Translations under genes and position numbers: made by a program | Notes under the pieces: model-generated | What the model was told of the DNA's origin: nothing | What the model saw: the letters and a program-made list of their open reading frames with translations, nothing else | Database searches by the model: none | Assembly (NCBI GenBank): GCA_028865345.1 | Contig: JAGWKL010000001.1 | Location: 63,296-127,295 of the forward strand | Reading direction: 5' to 3' | Length of the DNA stretch: 64,000 bases | Source: Candidatus Omnitrophota bacterium | Lineage (GTDB): Bacteria; Omnitrophota; Gorgyraeia; Zapsychrales; Fredricksoniimonadaceae | Shown here: in pieces, positions 23,028 to 31,599 of the stretch | How the letters are laid out: every line of letters starts with the position of its first letter | Numbering within the stretch: position 1 is the first letter of the stretch

Positions 23028-24451
23028 AAAAATGACTTGGGGTCTACCTGTTGCCGGCCGAATTCCAGGATGTCCTTGGACCTCTTGAGACTCTTGGCCT
23101 CCGCATAAATGCGCACCAGCGGCTCAGTGCCGGAGGGGCGGAACATCAGCCAGTCCTCGTTCTCACAGATGAGCTTGACCCCGTCGAAGTCCTTGACCTC
23201 AACGACCTTCTTGCCTAAAACCGAAGAAATCGTTTTCAGTTTATTCAAATCAACCTTTTTGGCATCCATGGCATAATCCAGCCGCGTGTAATAATACCGG
23301 CCGAATTCTTTTTCCATGTCATCAACCAGCTGTTTAAAATTCTTCTTGTTGTAAACCATCATCTCCAAAAGCAGCAGGCCCGACAAGGTGCCGTCGCGTT
23401 CCGGTATATAACCGGGAAGTCCCATGCCGCCGGCCTCTTCCCCGCCGGCCACGATTTTTTCAGAGACCATCAAATCCGAAATATACTTAAAGCCCACCGG
23501 CGTCTCATAAAGCTTGCGGCCCAATTTTTGGGCAATGTGATCAAGCATGGTGGTGCCGCACAAGGTCTTGACGATACCGCCTTGCACATGGCGGTTGCGC
23601 ACCAAATGCAGGATCAAAAGCCCCAAAATTTTCTGGGGTGACACAAATTCACCGCCGGGCATTACGGCGGCAATGCGGTCGGCGTCCCCGTCCAGCACGT
23701 GGCCGAAATCAAATTTCTCGTTTTTCATGCGTCCCATCATCACCTGCAGGCATTCAGGAATGGGCTCCGGCTTGCTGCCGTCAAAAGAGGGGTTGACGTC
23801 CTCGCGCATAAGAGTGAGCTTAATGTCCGTTCCCTTTAAAATCCGGCGCATCAGGTCCCGGCCGCTGCCGTGCATGATATCGCTTAAGACCTTGTATTTT
23901 GCGGTCTTCATTTTCCTGAGATTGATATACCCGCGCAAAAATTTGACATATGCCGCTTTAAAATCATGCACCACGATCAATCCCTGATCAACGGCTTCGC
24001 TTAAGCCCAAACGCTTGAACGGCGTCTGGCCCAAATATCCCTCGATGGCATTGGTAATGTCCTTGGAAGCAGCGCCGCCTTGGGAGGTCTTGATCTTGAT
24101 GCCGTTGAATTTGGCCGGGTTGTGCGAGGCCGTGATCATGATGCCGCAAACGTTCTTAAAGCCCACCACCCCGAAACTCAGCGCCGGCGTGGGCAGGGAG
24201 GTGTCGGAGAGCCAGGTCTTGATGCCGTTGGCCGCGAAAACCTCTGCCACGGCTTGCGCGTATTCCGCGGACAAAAAACGGTTGTCGTAACCCACCGAGG
24301 CGCTTTTCATCGCAAACTGGGAATTGTTTTTATTGACCCAATCCGCCGCGGCCTGGGCCACGATGCGGACATTTTCAAAAGTAAAGGTATCTGAAATCAC
24401 GGCACGCCAGCCGTCGGTGCCGAATTTGATCTGTGTTTTGATGTCGCTCAT
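23024..24451 (-). CDS. Phosphoglucomutase/phosphomannomutase family protein
   Basis: FGTDGWR, TASHNP, DGDADR, GGEEAG, RPSGTEP. Confidence 0.95.
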   Translation of the reverse strand: MSDIKTQIKFGTDGWRAVISDTFTFENVRIVAQAAADWVNKNNSQFAMKSASVGYDNRFLSAEYAQAVAEVFAANGIKTWLSDTSLPTPALSFGVVGFKNVCGIMITASHNPAKFNGIKIKTSQGGAASKDITNAIEGYLGQTPFKRLGLSEAVDQGLIVVHDFKAAYVKFLRGYINLRKMKTAKYKVLSDIMHGSGRDLMRRILKGTDIKLTLMREDVNPSFDGSKPEPIPECLQVMMGRMKNEKFDFGHVLDGDADRIAAVMPGGEFVSPQKILGLLILHLVRNRHVQGGIVKTLCGTTMLDHIAQKLGRKLYETPVGFKYISDLMVSEKIVAGGEEAGGMGLPGYIPERDGTLSGLLLLEMMVYNKKNFKQLVDDMEKEFGRYYYTRLDYAMDAKKVDLNKLKTISSVLGKKVVEVKDFDGVKLICENEDWLMFRPSGTEPLVRIYAEAKSLKRSKDILEFGRQQVDPKSFL

Positions 24452-25041
24452 GCGGTCCTCTCCTGTCTTTGATCGTATAAACGATAACGTTTAATATAAC
24501 GGATGACTGCCTTGGGCGTCAAATACCAAAGGGACCGTTTGGTTTTGAGCCGTTGACGCAAATCGCTGGAAGAAATGTCGACCGCGGGCATATTGATCTT
24601 GCGGTACGGCCATCGCTTGGGGTATTCCTTGTCAAAGCCCGGACGGTTGAGGATCACAAGCTTTGCCAGTTTCAAAATGCCTTCCGGGTCCTTCCAACGG
24701 TGAAAGGTCCTTAAATTGTCCGCGCCCATCAATAAATAAAATTGGGACCGGGGATATAGGGCTTTTAATTCCTTTAGGGTGTCGATGGTGTAGGATATCT
24801 TCCCCCGCCGCAGTTCCCCGTCGTACAACTTAAACGCCTTGTTGCCTTTGATGGCCTCCTTGACCATGACCAGACGCCTGGAGGCATCGGGCAGGGGATG
24901 ATGCGCCTTGAACGGCGAGCAAAACGCGGGCACAAAGAAAACAGCGTCGAGTTTCAAGGCCTCGACAGCGCTTTGGGCCATCAATAAATGGCCGAAGTGG
25001 ATGGGATCAAAACTGCCGCCTAAAACACCGACACGCTTCAT
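24448..25041 (-). CDS. nadD: Nicotinate-nucleotide adenylyltransferase
   Basis: GGSFDPIHFGH, SYTIDT, MGAD, ISSS. Confidence 0.95.
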   Translation of the reverse strand: MKRVGVLGGSFDPIHFGHLLMAQSAVEALKLDAVFFVPAFCSPFKAHHPLPDASRRLVMVKEAIKGNKAFKLYDGELRRGKISYTIDTLKELKALYPRSQFYLLMGADNLRTFHRWKDPEGILKLAKLVILNRPGFDKEYPKRWPYRKINMPAVDISSSDLRQRLKTKRSLWYLTPKAVIRYIKRYRLYDQRQERTA

Positions 25042-26297
25042 GTACGAATCTGCCCGTTTCCGTAAATTTCGTATTTATAACTGGTCAGGCCTTCCAGGGC
25101 CATGGGCCCGCGCACGTGCAGCTTGTCCGTGCTGATGCCCACCTCCGCCCCGAAACCAAACTCAAACCCGTCGGTAAAACGGGTGGAGGCATTGGCATAA
25201 ACACAGGCGGAATCGACTTCATTCAAGAATTTCTGCGCTTCCTTCTTGTCCTTGGTCACAATGGTGTCCGAATGGCCGGACCCATAGGTGTTGATGTGCT
25301 CGATGGCCTCATCACAATTTTTAACGACCCGTACGGAGAGGATCAGGTCAAGATATTCCGTGCGCCAGTCTTCTTTTGTTGCATTTTTCACATGGCCCTT
25401 AACAATGGCGCGCACGGCCGCATCCCCCCTGATCTCACAGCCGGCGCCCTGCAAATCTCTGACGATCTCCGGCAAAAACCGGCGGGCCACAGCGCGGTCC
25501 ACCAGCAGGGTTTCCATGGCATTGCACACGCCGGGCTTTTGGGTCTTGGCGTTCATGGTGATCGTATGCGCCATTTTCAAGTCCGCCTTGCTGCTGACAT
25601 AGACATGGCAGACGCCCTTAAAGTGCTTAATAACGGGGATGTTGGAATTGTCCGCCACAAAACGGATCAGCTCTTCCCCGCCGCGCGGCACGATCACGTC
25701 CAAATACTCGTCGAGTTTCAAAAGCTCGTGCACCGCAAAGCGGTCCGTGGACTCGATCAACTGTAAGGCATCCAAAGGGATCCTGGTCTTCTTGAGAACG
25801 CTTTGAAGGACCTTAAAGATGGCCATGTTGGAAAAAATGGCTTCCTTACCGCCTTTGAGGATGGCAGCGTTCCCGGATTTCAGGCACAGCGCGGCGCAGT
25901 CCGCCGTGACGTTAGGCCGGGACTCATAAATGATACCCACAACGCCCAAAGGCACGCGGACCTTTTTGATCACCAGGCCGTTGGGCCGCTTGATGGTTTC
26001 AAGCAATTCGCCGACAGGATCTTTAAGTTTGGCGGTTTCGCGCAAACCCTCAGCCATGGCCGCGATGCGGTTGGGATTAAGCGTCAGGCGGTCGACCAGC
26101 GCCTTGGAGTAACCGGCTTTGGATGCCGCGGCCAAATCCCTGGCGTTTTCCTTCATCAAATACGCCTGCCGGGCTTGCAGAGCATCGGCCATATTCAACA
26201 GTGCCTGGTTTTTGTCCTTGGCGCCCACCAGCGCCATCTGATAAGAGGCCTTTTTAGCTTTTTTTGCTATTCCCAAAATGTTTGCGGATAAATTCAT
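25038..26297 (-). CDS. proA: Glutamate-5-semialdehyde dehydrogenase
   Basis: IYESRPNVT, VCNAMET, NASTRFTDG, ISTDKLHVRGPM. Confidence 0.97.
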   Translation of the reverse strand: MNLSANILGIAKKAKKASYQMALVGAKDKNQALLNMADALQARQAYLMKENARDLAAASKAGYSKALVDRLTLNPNRIAAMAEGLRETAKLKDPVGELLETIKRPNGLVIKKVRVPLGVVGIIYESRPNVTADCAALCLKSGNAAILKGGKEAIFSNMAIFKVLQSVLKKTRIPLDALQLIESTDRFAVHELLKLDEYLDVIVPRGGEELIRFVADNSNIPVIKHFKGVCHVYVSSKADLKMAHTITMNAKTQKPGVCNAMETLLVDRAVARRFLPEIVRDLQGAGCEIRGDAAVRAIVKGHVKNATKEDWRTEYLDLILSVRVVKNCDEAIEHINTYGSGHSDTIVTKDKKEAQKFLNEVDSACVYANASTRFTDGFEFGFGAEVGISTDKLHVRGPMALEGLTSYKYEIYGNGQIRT

Positions 26298-27102
26298 GTT
26301 CCGAATCCCCGTCTAAGATTTGCGCGTTCTTTTCAATAAAATAGGTGCCGATCTTTTTGCCGGCCACCAATTCCACAAGCACGTCCTTGATATTCCCGGC
26401 GGTGATAATGCAGGGAATGCGCGCCTGGGTGGCGATCTTGACCGCCTCGATTTTGGCCTTCATGCCGCCGCGGGCCATGTGCGCGTTCTTGGTGCCGCCG
26501 GCCACCTCATCGATTTCAGCCGTGATCTCCTTGATCTCTTGGTAGACCTTTTTATTGCCGTCGTACACGCCTTCCACATCCGAGAGAATGACCAGCAGGT
26601 CCGCGTGCAGGAAGCTGGCCACCAGGGCCGAAAGCTTGTCGTTATCGCCGAATTTGATTTCTTCCGTAGAGGTGGTGTCATTCTCATTAATAATGGGCAC
26701 CACGCCTTGTTTCAAAATGGCCTCCAGCGTATGGCGCGCGTTTAAAAAGCGGCTGTGGTCATCGAAGTCATCCCAAGTCAGGAGCACTTGGGCGCATTTA
26801 AGCCCCACCTTGTCCAACAAATCGCTGTAGAGGCGCATGAGCGCGGCCTGGCCGATGGCAGCGCGGGCCTGCAATTGGGCCAGATCCGTGGAGCGCTTGG
26901 ATTCGCCAAGCTCGCCCATGCCAAGCGCAATGGCGCCCGAGGAGACCAGGACCACTTCTATCCCCTTGCTGCGCAAGTCGCCGATTTGCAGGGCCAAAGA
27001 CAGAAGGTCCCTGGTCTTCGGCCTCATATTGCCGTCGGCAATCTGGCTCGATCCCAGCTTCACCACCACCCTTTTAATAGGTCTCTGAAATGTGCGTGTC
27101 AT
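26254..27102 (-). CDS. proB: Glutamate 5-kinase (no PUA domain)
   Basis: VVKLGSS, VSSGA, NEND, FGDNDKLS, GGMKAK. Confidence 0.96.
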   Translation of the reverse strand: MTRTFQRPIKRVVVKLGSSQIADGNMRPKTRDLLSLALQIGDLRSKGIEVVLVSSGAIALGMGELGESKRSTDLAQLQARAAIGQAALMRLYSDLLDKVGLKCAQVLLTWDDFDDHSRFLNARHTLEAILKQGVVPIINENDTTSTEEIKFGDNDKLSALVASFLHADLLVILSDVEGVYDGNKKVYQEIKEITAEIDEVAGGTKNAHMARGGMKAKIEAVKIATQARIPCIITAGNIKDVLVELVAGKKIGTYFIEKNAQILDGDSEHEFIRKHFGNSKKS

Positions 27103-27114
27103 ATCCCCTTCTCA

Positions 27115-27164
27115 ATGTCATTCCCGCTTCAACTTATGTCATTCCCGCGAAAGCGGGAATCCAG
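27115..27164. repeat. REP/dRS3-like palindromic element (one full copy plus one partial copy)
   Basis: GTCATTCCCGCGAAAGCGGGAATCCAG at 27138-27164 (ATTCCC-N8-GGGAAT) and a partial ATGTCATTCCCGC at 27115-27127. Confidence 0.7.
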
Positions 27165-27204
27165 TTCCCTTGGCTTCGCCTTTAAAAGTCATTTTTTCAA
27201 CCTC

Positions 27205-27361
27205 GCTGGCGGGTCCTGTCTCGGGCTTGCTGTTGCCGTACTCCTCTTAGCGAATGGCAACCCTATCAGCGGCCAGTAAGCTGGTTTCCCTATAATAGAT
27301 GACTTGAGCGCTTGCCGTCCGCTCGGCAACATCAATCCCTCGCCACCCGCCTCATGGCAGC
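27205..27361 (-). ncRNA. Putative structured non-coding RNA (long rod-like hairpin; 6S-like or cis-regulatory)
   Basis: Nested minus-strand stems GGCGGGU/ACCCGCC, GGGAUUGAUGUUGCCG/CGGCAACAGCAAGCCC, AGCGGACGGCAA/UUGCCAUUCGCU, CUAUUA/UGAUAG and CCAG/CUGG in the intergenic region; family not identified. Confidence 0.5.
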
Positions 27362-27406
27362 TAAAATCAACAGCATCGCTCAAAGAACAAATTTATATGT
27401 TTACGG

Positions 27407-27817
27407 CTACTTCTTCTCCAAATTCAACATCCACTTCGTCCCGAATTGATCTGTCAGCATGGCGAAACGCTGCGCAAAGAAGGTTTCGCCGAGCGGCATG
27501 AAAATCTCGCCCTTGTCGCTTAATGCCTTATAAAGCCTCTCTATCTCCTCCAGGTTTTCGCAATCAACGCTAATATGAAACCCGTTGCCGCGGGTCACGG
27601 GCATGCCGGGCCGCGTGTCCGAGGCCATCAGTACAAAATTCTTGTGCGTGATGCGCGCGTGGATTACCCAATCCTTGTACTTTGAGTCCATATTGCCACA
27701 GCCGGGAGCCTGGGCATAGCTCATCATGGAAAATTCGCCTCCGAAACTTTGCTTGTAAAACTCCATGGCTTGGCGGCAATTGCCTTCAAAGATCAAATAC
27801 GCATTCATGCTTTTCAT
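27407..27817 (-). CDS. VOC/PhnB-like protein
   Basis: YLIFEGNCRQAMEFY, LMASD, MPLGETFFA, DQFGTKW. Confidence 0.9.
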   Translation of the reverse strand: MKSMNAYLIFEGNCRQAMEFYKQSFGGEFSMMSYAQAPGCGNMDSKYKDWVIHARITHKNFVLMASDTRPGMPVTRGNGFHISVDCENLEEIERLYKALSDKGEIFMPLGETFFAQRFAMLTDQFGTKWMLNLEKK

Positions 27818-27826
27818 GAAGCCCCC

Positions 27827-28237
27827 TTAACGCACGTACGTCAAAATCACCGTAATAAGATAAAAATTCAACAAATAAAACACCGCATTAATGGCAAAGA
27901 GCTTCCAGGGTTTTGATTCCCAGGCAATGCTGCTGAGCAATAAGGGCACCACAAAACCCGCCCAGACGATCAACGCAGGCCCGAAAATGCATACCGGTTT
28001 ATACACGCCCATGATATACGCCAGGGCAAAGACAGTCAGGCATGTTCCCACAAACGTGAGCAGCAAGGATTTGGCAGGCGGTTTCTTGCCCTTGCAGCAG
28101 TCTTCAGGGACCTTCATGCCGTTTAAGGCCGCCCACGTCCGGCCGAACAGCGGTCCGTACCAAATCGCCCCAAAAACGAAGCTGGCAATAACGGCAATCA
28201 ATAAACCCAAATTGCTTTCATGTGTGATCGGACACAT
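27827..28237 (-). CDS. DUF1761-like membrane protein
   Basis: FVFGAIWYGPLFGRTW, four TM segments, WESKPWKLFAINA; start at MCPITH after an AGGAG SD. Confidence 0.8.
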   Translation of the reverse strand: MCPITHESNLGLLIAVIASFVFGAIWYGPLFGRTWAALNGMKVPEDCCKGKKPPAKSLLLTFVGTCLTVFALAYIMGVYKPVCIFGPALIVWAGFVVPLLLSSIAWESKPWKLFAINAVFYLLNFYLITVILTYVR

Positions 28238-28271
28238 AATCTCTCCTATGTTAAATAGTTCCCCAGAGCAG

Positions 28272-28604
28272 CTATCTATTGACCTCAACCACAACCGCCG
28301 TGCCGTAGCACAAGACTTCGGTGACGCCTTCCATCAATTCGGTTGATTCATAATGCACGCCGATGACCGCATTGGCCCCGAGAGATGCCGCATGCTGGAG
28401 CATCATGTCATAGGCTTCCTTCCTGGTCTTTTCGCACAGATCAGACAACAGGGTAATATTTCCGCCCAGGATGGACTGTAAACTCGCCCCGAAAGTGCCG
28501 AAAATGGAACGCGAACGCACCAGTATCCCCCGCACCACCCCTAAACTTCTGACCGTTCTGTACCCGTCTAACGTAAACGCCGTTGTGGCCATGGATTCGT
28601 TCAT
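28272..28604 (-). CDS. YbjQ/UPF0145 family protein
   Basis: LGVVRG, GGNIT, LGANAVIGV, EVLCYGTAV. Confidence 0.9.
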   Translation of the reverse strand: MNESMATTAFTLDGYRTVRSLGVVRGILVRSRSIFGTFGASLQSILGGNITLLSDLCEKTRKEAYDMMLQHAASLGANAVIGVHYESTELMEGVTEVLCYGTAVVVEVNR

Positions 28605-28690
28605 AAGATTTCTCCCATGATAAATAAGTGTTAATTATACAATAACCCGTATTATTTTGCTTGATTTTATTTGGCGGGGCTTGGTCCGAC

Positions 28691-29656
28691 TTATAACAAC
28701 AGCCGGATCACGGCCAAAAGCTCCTGAAGGCCTTCTTTTTCCAGTGCGGAAATGGGGATGATATCGCGGGTGACCTTGCGTTTAAACCGCGTCAAATTTT
28801 TCTTGGATTCCGGCAAATCCATCTTGTTGGCCACCAGCACCCTGTGCTTCTGCAAAAGATCTTCGCTGTACAAATCCAGCTCTTCGCAGATCTTATAATA
28901 ATCGTCGACGGGGTCGCGGCCTTCGGCGCCGGACATGTCGATCACATGCACCAGGATCTTGGTGCGCTCGGCATGCTTGAGGAATTGGTGCCCCAGGCCT
29001 TTGCCTTCATGCGCACCCTCGATGAGGCCCGGCAAATCCGCCATCACGAAATTTTTGGACGGGTCATCCTCGTCTTTGACGATGCCAAGCACCGGCGCCT
29101 TGGTGGTGAACGGATAGTTCGCGATCTTGGACTTGACCTTGGACACCGCGCAGATCAGCGTCGATTTGCCGACGTTGGGAAATCCCACCAGCCCCACATC
29201 CGCGATGATCTTCAGTTCCAGGCGTATGGTGCGCACTTCACCGGCCACAGGAGGCACCACGGTGCGGTTATGGTTGTTGCCCCGTCCGCCTTCCCCGCCC
29301 TTGGCTACGATCACGTTGTCCCCGTCCACCTTTAAATCGCGGATCAACAACTCCGTATCGTAGTCCCAAAGGATCGTGCCCACGGGCACACGCAAAATGC
29401 AGTCCTCGCCCCTTTTGCCGGTCTTGTTGTTGCTGCTGGCATGGCCGCCGCTGCGGGCCACATAATGCTGCCTGAAGCGGTAATCCAAAAGGGTCTGCAG
29501 GTTGCGGTCCGCCACAAAGACCACGTTGCCGCCGCGGCCGCCGTCGCCGCCGTCGGGGATGGGATACCGCGTGTACTTGTCCTGATAGTGGCTTTCGCAG
29601 CCTTTGCCGCCGTTGCCGGCCTGCACCTGGATGCGCGCCTGATCAACAAATGCCAT
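28691..29656 (-). CDS. obgE: GTPase ObgE/CgtA
   Basis: FVDQA...GGDGGRGG, GFPNVGKST, YPFTT, DLPGLIEGA, NKMD. Confidence 0.97.
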   Translation of the reverse strand: MAFVDQARIQVQAGNGGKGCESHYQDKYTRYPIPDGGDGGRGGNVVFVADRNLQTLLDYRFRQHYVARSGGHASSNNKTGKRGEDCILRVPVGTILWDYDTELLIRDLKVDGDNVIVAKGGEGGRGNNHNRTVVPPVAGEVRTIRLELKIIADVGLVGFPNVGKSTLICAVSKVKSKIANYPFTTKAPVLGIVKDEDDPSKNFVMADLPGLIEGAHEGKGLGHQFLKHAERTKILVHVIDMSGAEGRDPVDDYYKICEELDLYSEDLLQKHRVLVANKMDLPESKKNLTRFKRKVTRDIIPISALEKEGLQELLAVIRLLL

Positions 29657-29663
29657 AAATAAC

Positions 29664-29697
29664 AAAAAGGGGACACTTTTTTAAGTGTCCCCTTTTT
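29664..29697. terminator. Hairpin terminator after rplU
   Basis: AAAAAGGGGACACT-TTTTTA-AGTGTCCCCTTTTT with A/T tracts on both sides. Confidence 0.75.
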
Positions 29698-29712
29698 CTC
29701 CCAATCAAATAA

Positions 29713-30024
29713 TTAAACACTAATTTTCGCAATTTTAACGGTCGTCAAATCCTGGCGATGGCCATGGGTGCGCGCGGAATCCTTGCGCTTGCGGTACTTA
29801 AAGGCAACCACTTTAGGCGCGCGTGTCTGGCCGACGATCTCGGCCTGCACCTGGACGTCCTTCAAATACGGCCGGCCTAACTTAACGTCCTTCCCGTCGG
29901 AATAAAGCAGGACCTTGTCCAGAACGATGCTCTGGCCCTTTTCAAAATCCAGGCGGTTGGCCTGGATACAATCGCCTTCGCTGACTTTAAACTGACTGTT
30001 GCCCACTTGGACTACTGCAAACAT
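29713..30024 (-). CDS. rplU: 50S ribosomal protein L21
   Basis: MFAVVQVGNSQFKV, GRPY, KYRKRK, GHRQ. Confidence 0.97.
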   Translation of the reverse strand: MFAVVQVGNSQFKVSEGDCIQANRLDFEKGQSIVLDKVLLYSDGKDVKLGRPYLKDVQVQAEIVGQTRAPKVVAFKYRKRKDSARTHGHRQDLTTVKIAKISV

Positions 30025-30058
30025 AAAAACCCCCTTCTAACGTTTTCAGGAAGTCGGT

Positions 30059-30086
30059 ATTATACAAGGAATAACTGTTTAGTCAA
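30059..30086 (-). promoter_or_regulatory. Sigma70-type promoter for rplU
   Basis: TTGACT (30086-30081), 16-bp spacer, TATAAT (30064-30059). Confidence 0.65.
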
Positions 30087-30120
30087 AATGTTTCTATGTA
30101 CCGCTCTGCCGCTTTACCGC

Positions 30121-31503
30121 TTAATTGATCTTAACCTTCCCCCGTCCTTCGCAATACGGGCAGCTGTGAAACTCCAAAGACTCGATGGTCTTGCCCGTAC
30201 GCGCCCGGGTCATTTCCACCAGGCCTAATTGGGAAATACGGTTGACCTCGGTCTTGGCATGGTCCTTGGTCAAACCATCCCGCAGGGCGTTGAGGACCTT
30301 GCGCTTGTGGTCTTCGCGGTTCATGTCGATAAAGTCGATGACAATGATGCCGCCCAAGTCCCTTAAACGCAGCTGCCGGGCGATCTCGGGCGCCGCCTCC
30401 ATATTGACCGCGAAGGCCGCGTCCTCCGGCGTTCCCCTGCCCTTGAAACGGCCGCTGTTGACGTCCACGACCGTCACCCCCTCGGTGGGTTCAATGACCA
30501 CATACGCCCCGGACTTCAAATACACCTTGGCCTCGTAGATCTTGTCCAGCTCGCGGGTCACGTTCTTGGCATCGAAGAGGCCCTGCGGCCCCGGGTGGTA
30601 TTTGATTTTCTCCAGGACCTCCGGCCCGATCAAATTCTGCGCGAACTTGCGCATTTTGCCGAACTCTTCCCTGGAATCGATCGTCACATGCTCGACGTCG
30701 TCCTTCAAAAGGTCGCGGATCACCCTCCAGATGAGGGACCCCTCCTCGTAAATAAGGGCCGGCGGCTCTTTGCGTTTGGACAGCTCGCGGATCTCCTGCC
30801 ATTTATTGACCAGGAACCTGGAATCGCGCAAAATTTCTTTTTCGCCCTGTTCCATGGAAGCGGTACGGATGATGAAACCGCCGGTCCTGACAAAATTAAA
30901 CGACTTGAGTATGTCCCGCAGGCGGCTTCGCTCCTCGGGCTTGTCGATCTTTTTGGAAATGCCGCTGTGCTTGTCCACCGGCATGTACACCACGAAACGT
31001 CCGGCCAGGCTGATATGCGTGGTGAGCCTTGCTCCCTTGGTGCCGAAGGGGTCCTTGACCACCTGGACTAAGACCTCCTGGTCCTTCTTTAAGGGCAGTT
31101 CATTCTTTTCCTTCTGGGCATGCCGGCCGCCGCCGTTGCCCTTCTGCTGGCGGGCCGGGGGTTGCCCCGCCTCAGGCGGGACCTCGGATGAGGCCGCGGG
31201 TTTTGGAAAGATCATGTTGAGGATCTTTTGGGGCGTGGTCGGCTCGTGCTCGATTTTCTCGATGTCCTGCAAAAACGGATTGTCGGCGTCGGTCAAATAC
31301 AAAAAGCCGTTTTTCTCCTGGCCGATGTTGACGAAAGCGCCGTTGATCGACGGCAGGATGGACTCCACCCTGCCCTTGTAAATGTTGCCGAGCATGGATT
31401 GGTGGCGGTCAAGCTCGATATAAAAATCATCCAGCTTGCCGTCGCCCAAGACAGCCACGCGCCTCTCGCCCTGGGCGACTTGGATCAAAATCTCTTTAGA
31501 CAC
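30121..31503 (-). CDS. rng: Ribonuclease E/G family protein
   Basis: GNIYKGRV, KGARLT, DVNSG, LRDLGGIIVIDFIDM, CPYCEGRG. Confidence 0.93.
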   Translation of the reverse strand: MSKEILIQVAQGERRVAVLGDGKLDDFYIELDRHQSMLGNIYKGRVESILPSINGAFVNIGQEKNGFLYLTDADNPFLQDIEKIEHEPTTPQKILNMIFPKPAASSEVPPEAGQPPARQQKGNGGGRHAQKEKNELPLKKDQEVLVQVVKDPFGTKGARLTTHISLAGRFVVYMPVDKHSGISKKIDKPEERSRLRDILKSFNFVRTGGFIIRTASMEQGEKEILRDSRFLVNKWQEIRELSKRKEPPALIYEEGSLIWRVIRDLLKDDVEHVTIDSREEFGKMRKFAQNLIGPEVLEKIKYHPGPQGLFDAKNVTRELDKIYEAKVYLKSGAYVVIEPTEGVTVVDVNSGRFKGRGTPEDAAFAVNMEAAPEIARQLRLRDLGGIIVIDFIDMNREDHKRKVLNALRDGLTKDHAKTEVNRISQLGLVEMTRARTGKTIESLEFHSCPYCEGRGKVKIN

Positions 31504-31599
31504 AGTTCCTCTCCTCCTGTAATGTGTTAAAAACGTTGTTTATAAACACAGGATGGGCCTACTCCCCGGACTCGGGGAACCCGCCCCCACATTGAGGGG

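Noticed and set aside
27205-27361. Proline T-box or cobalamin riboswitch upstream of proB
   Set aside because: No T-box GGUGGNACC antiterminator. AUAGGGAA and AGCCCGAGAC look cobalamin-like, but GCCACUG is absent and the pairing is rod-like.
27189-27383. 64-aa ORF upstream of proB
   Set aside because: No SD and no recognisable motif; the region is better explained by RNA secondary structure.
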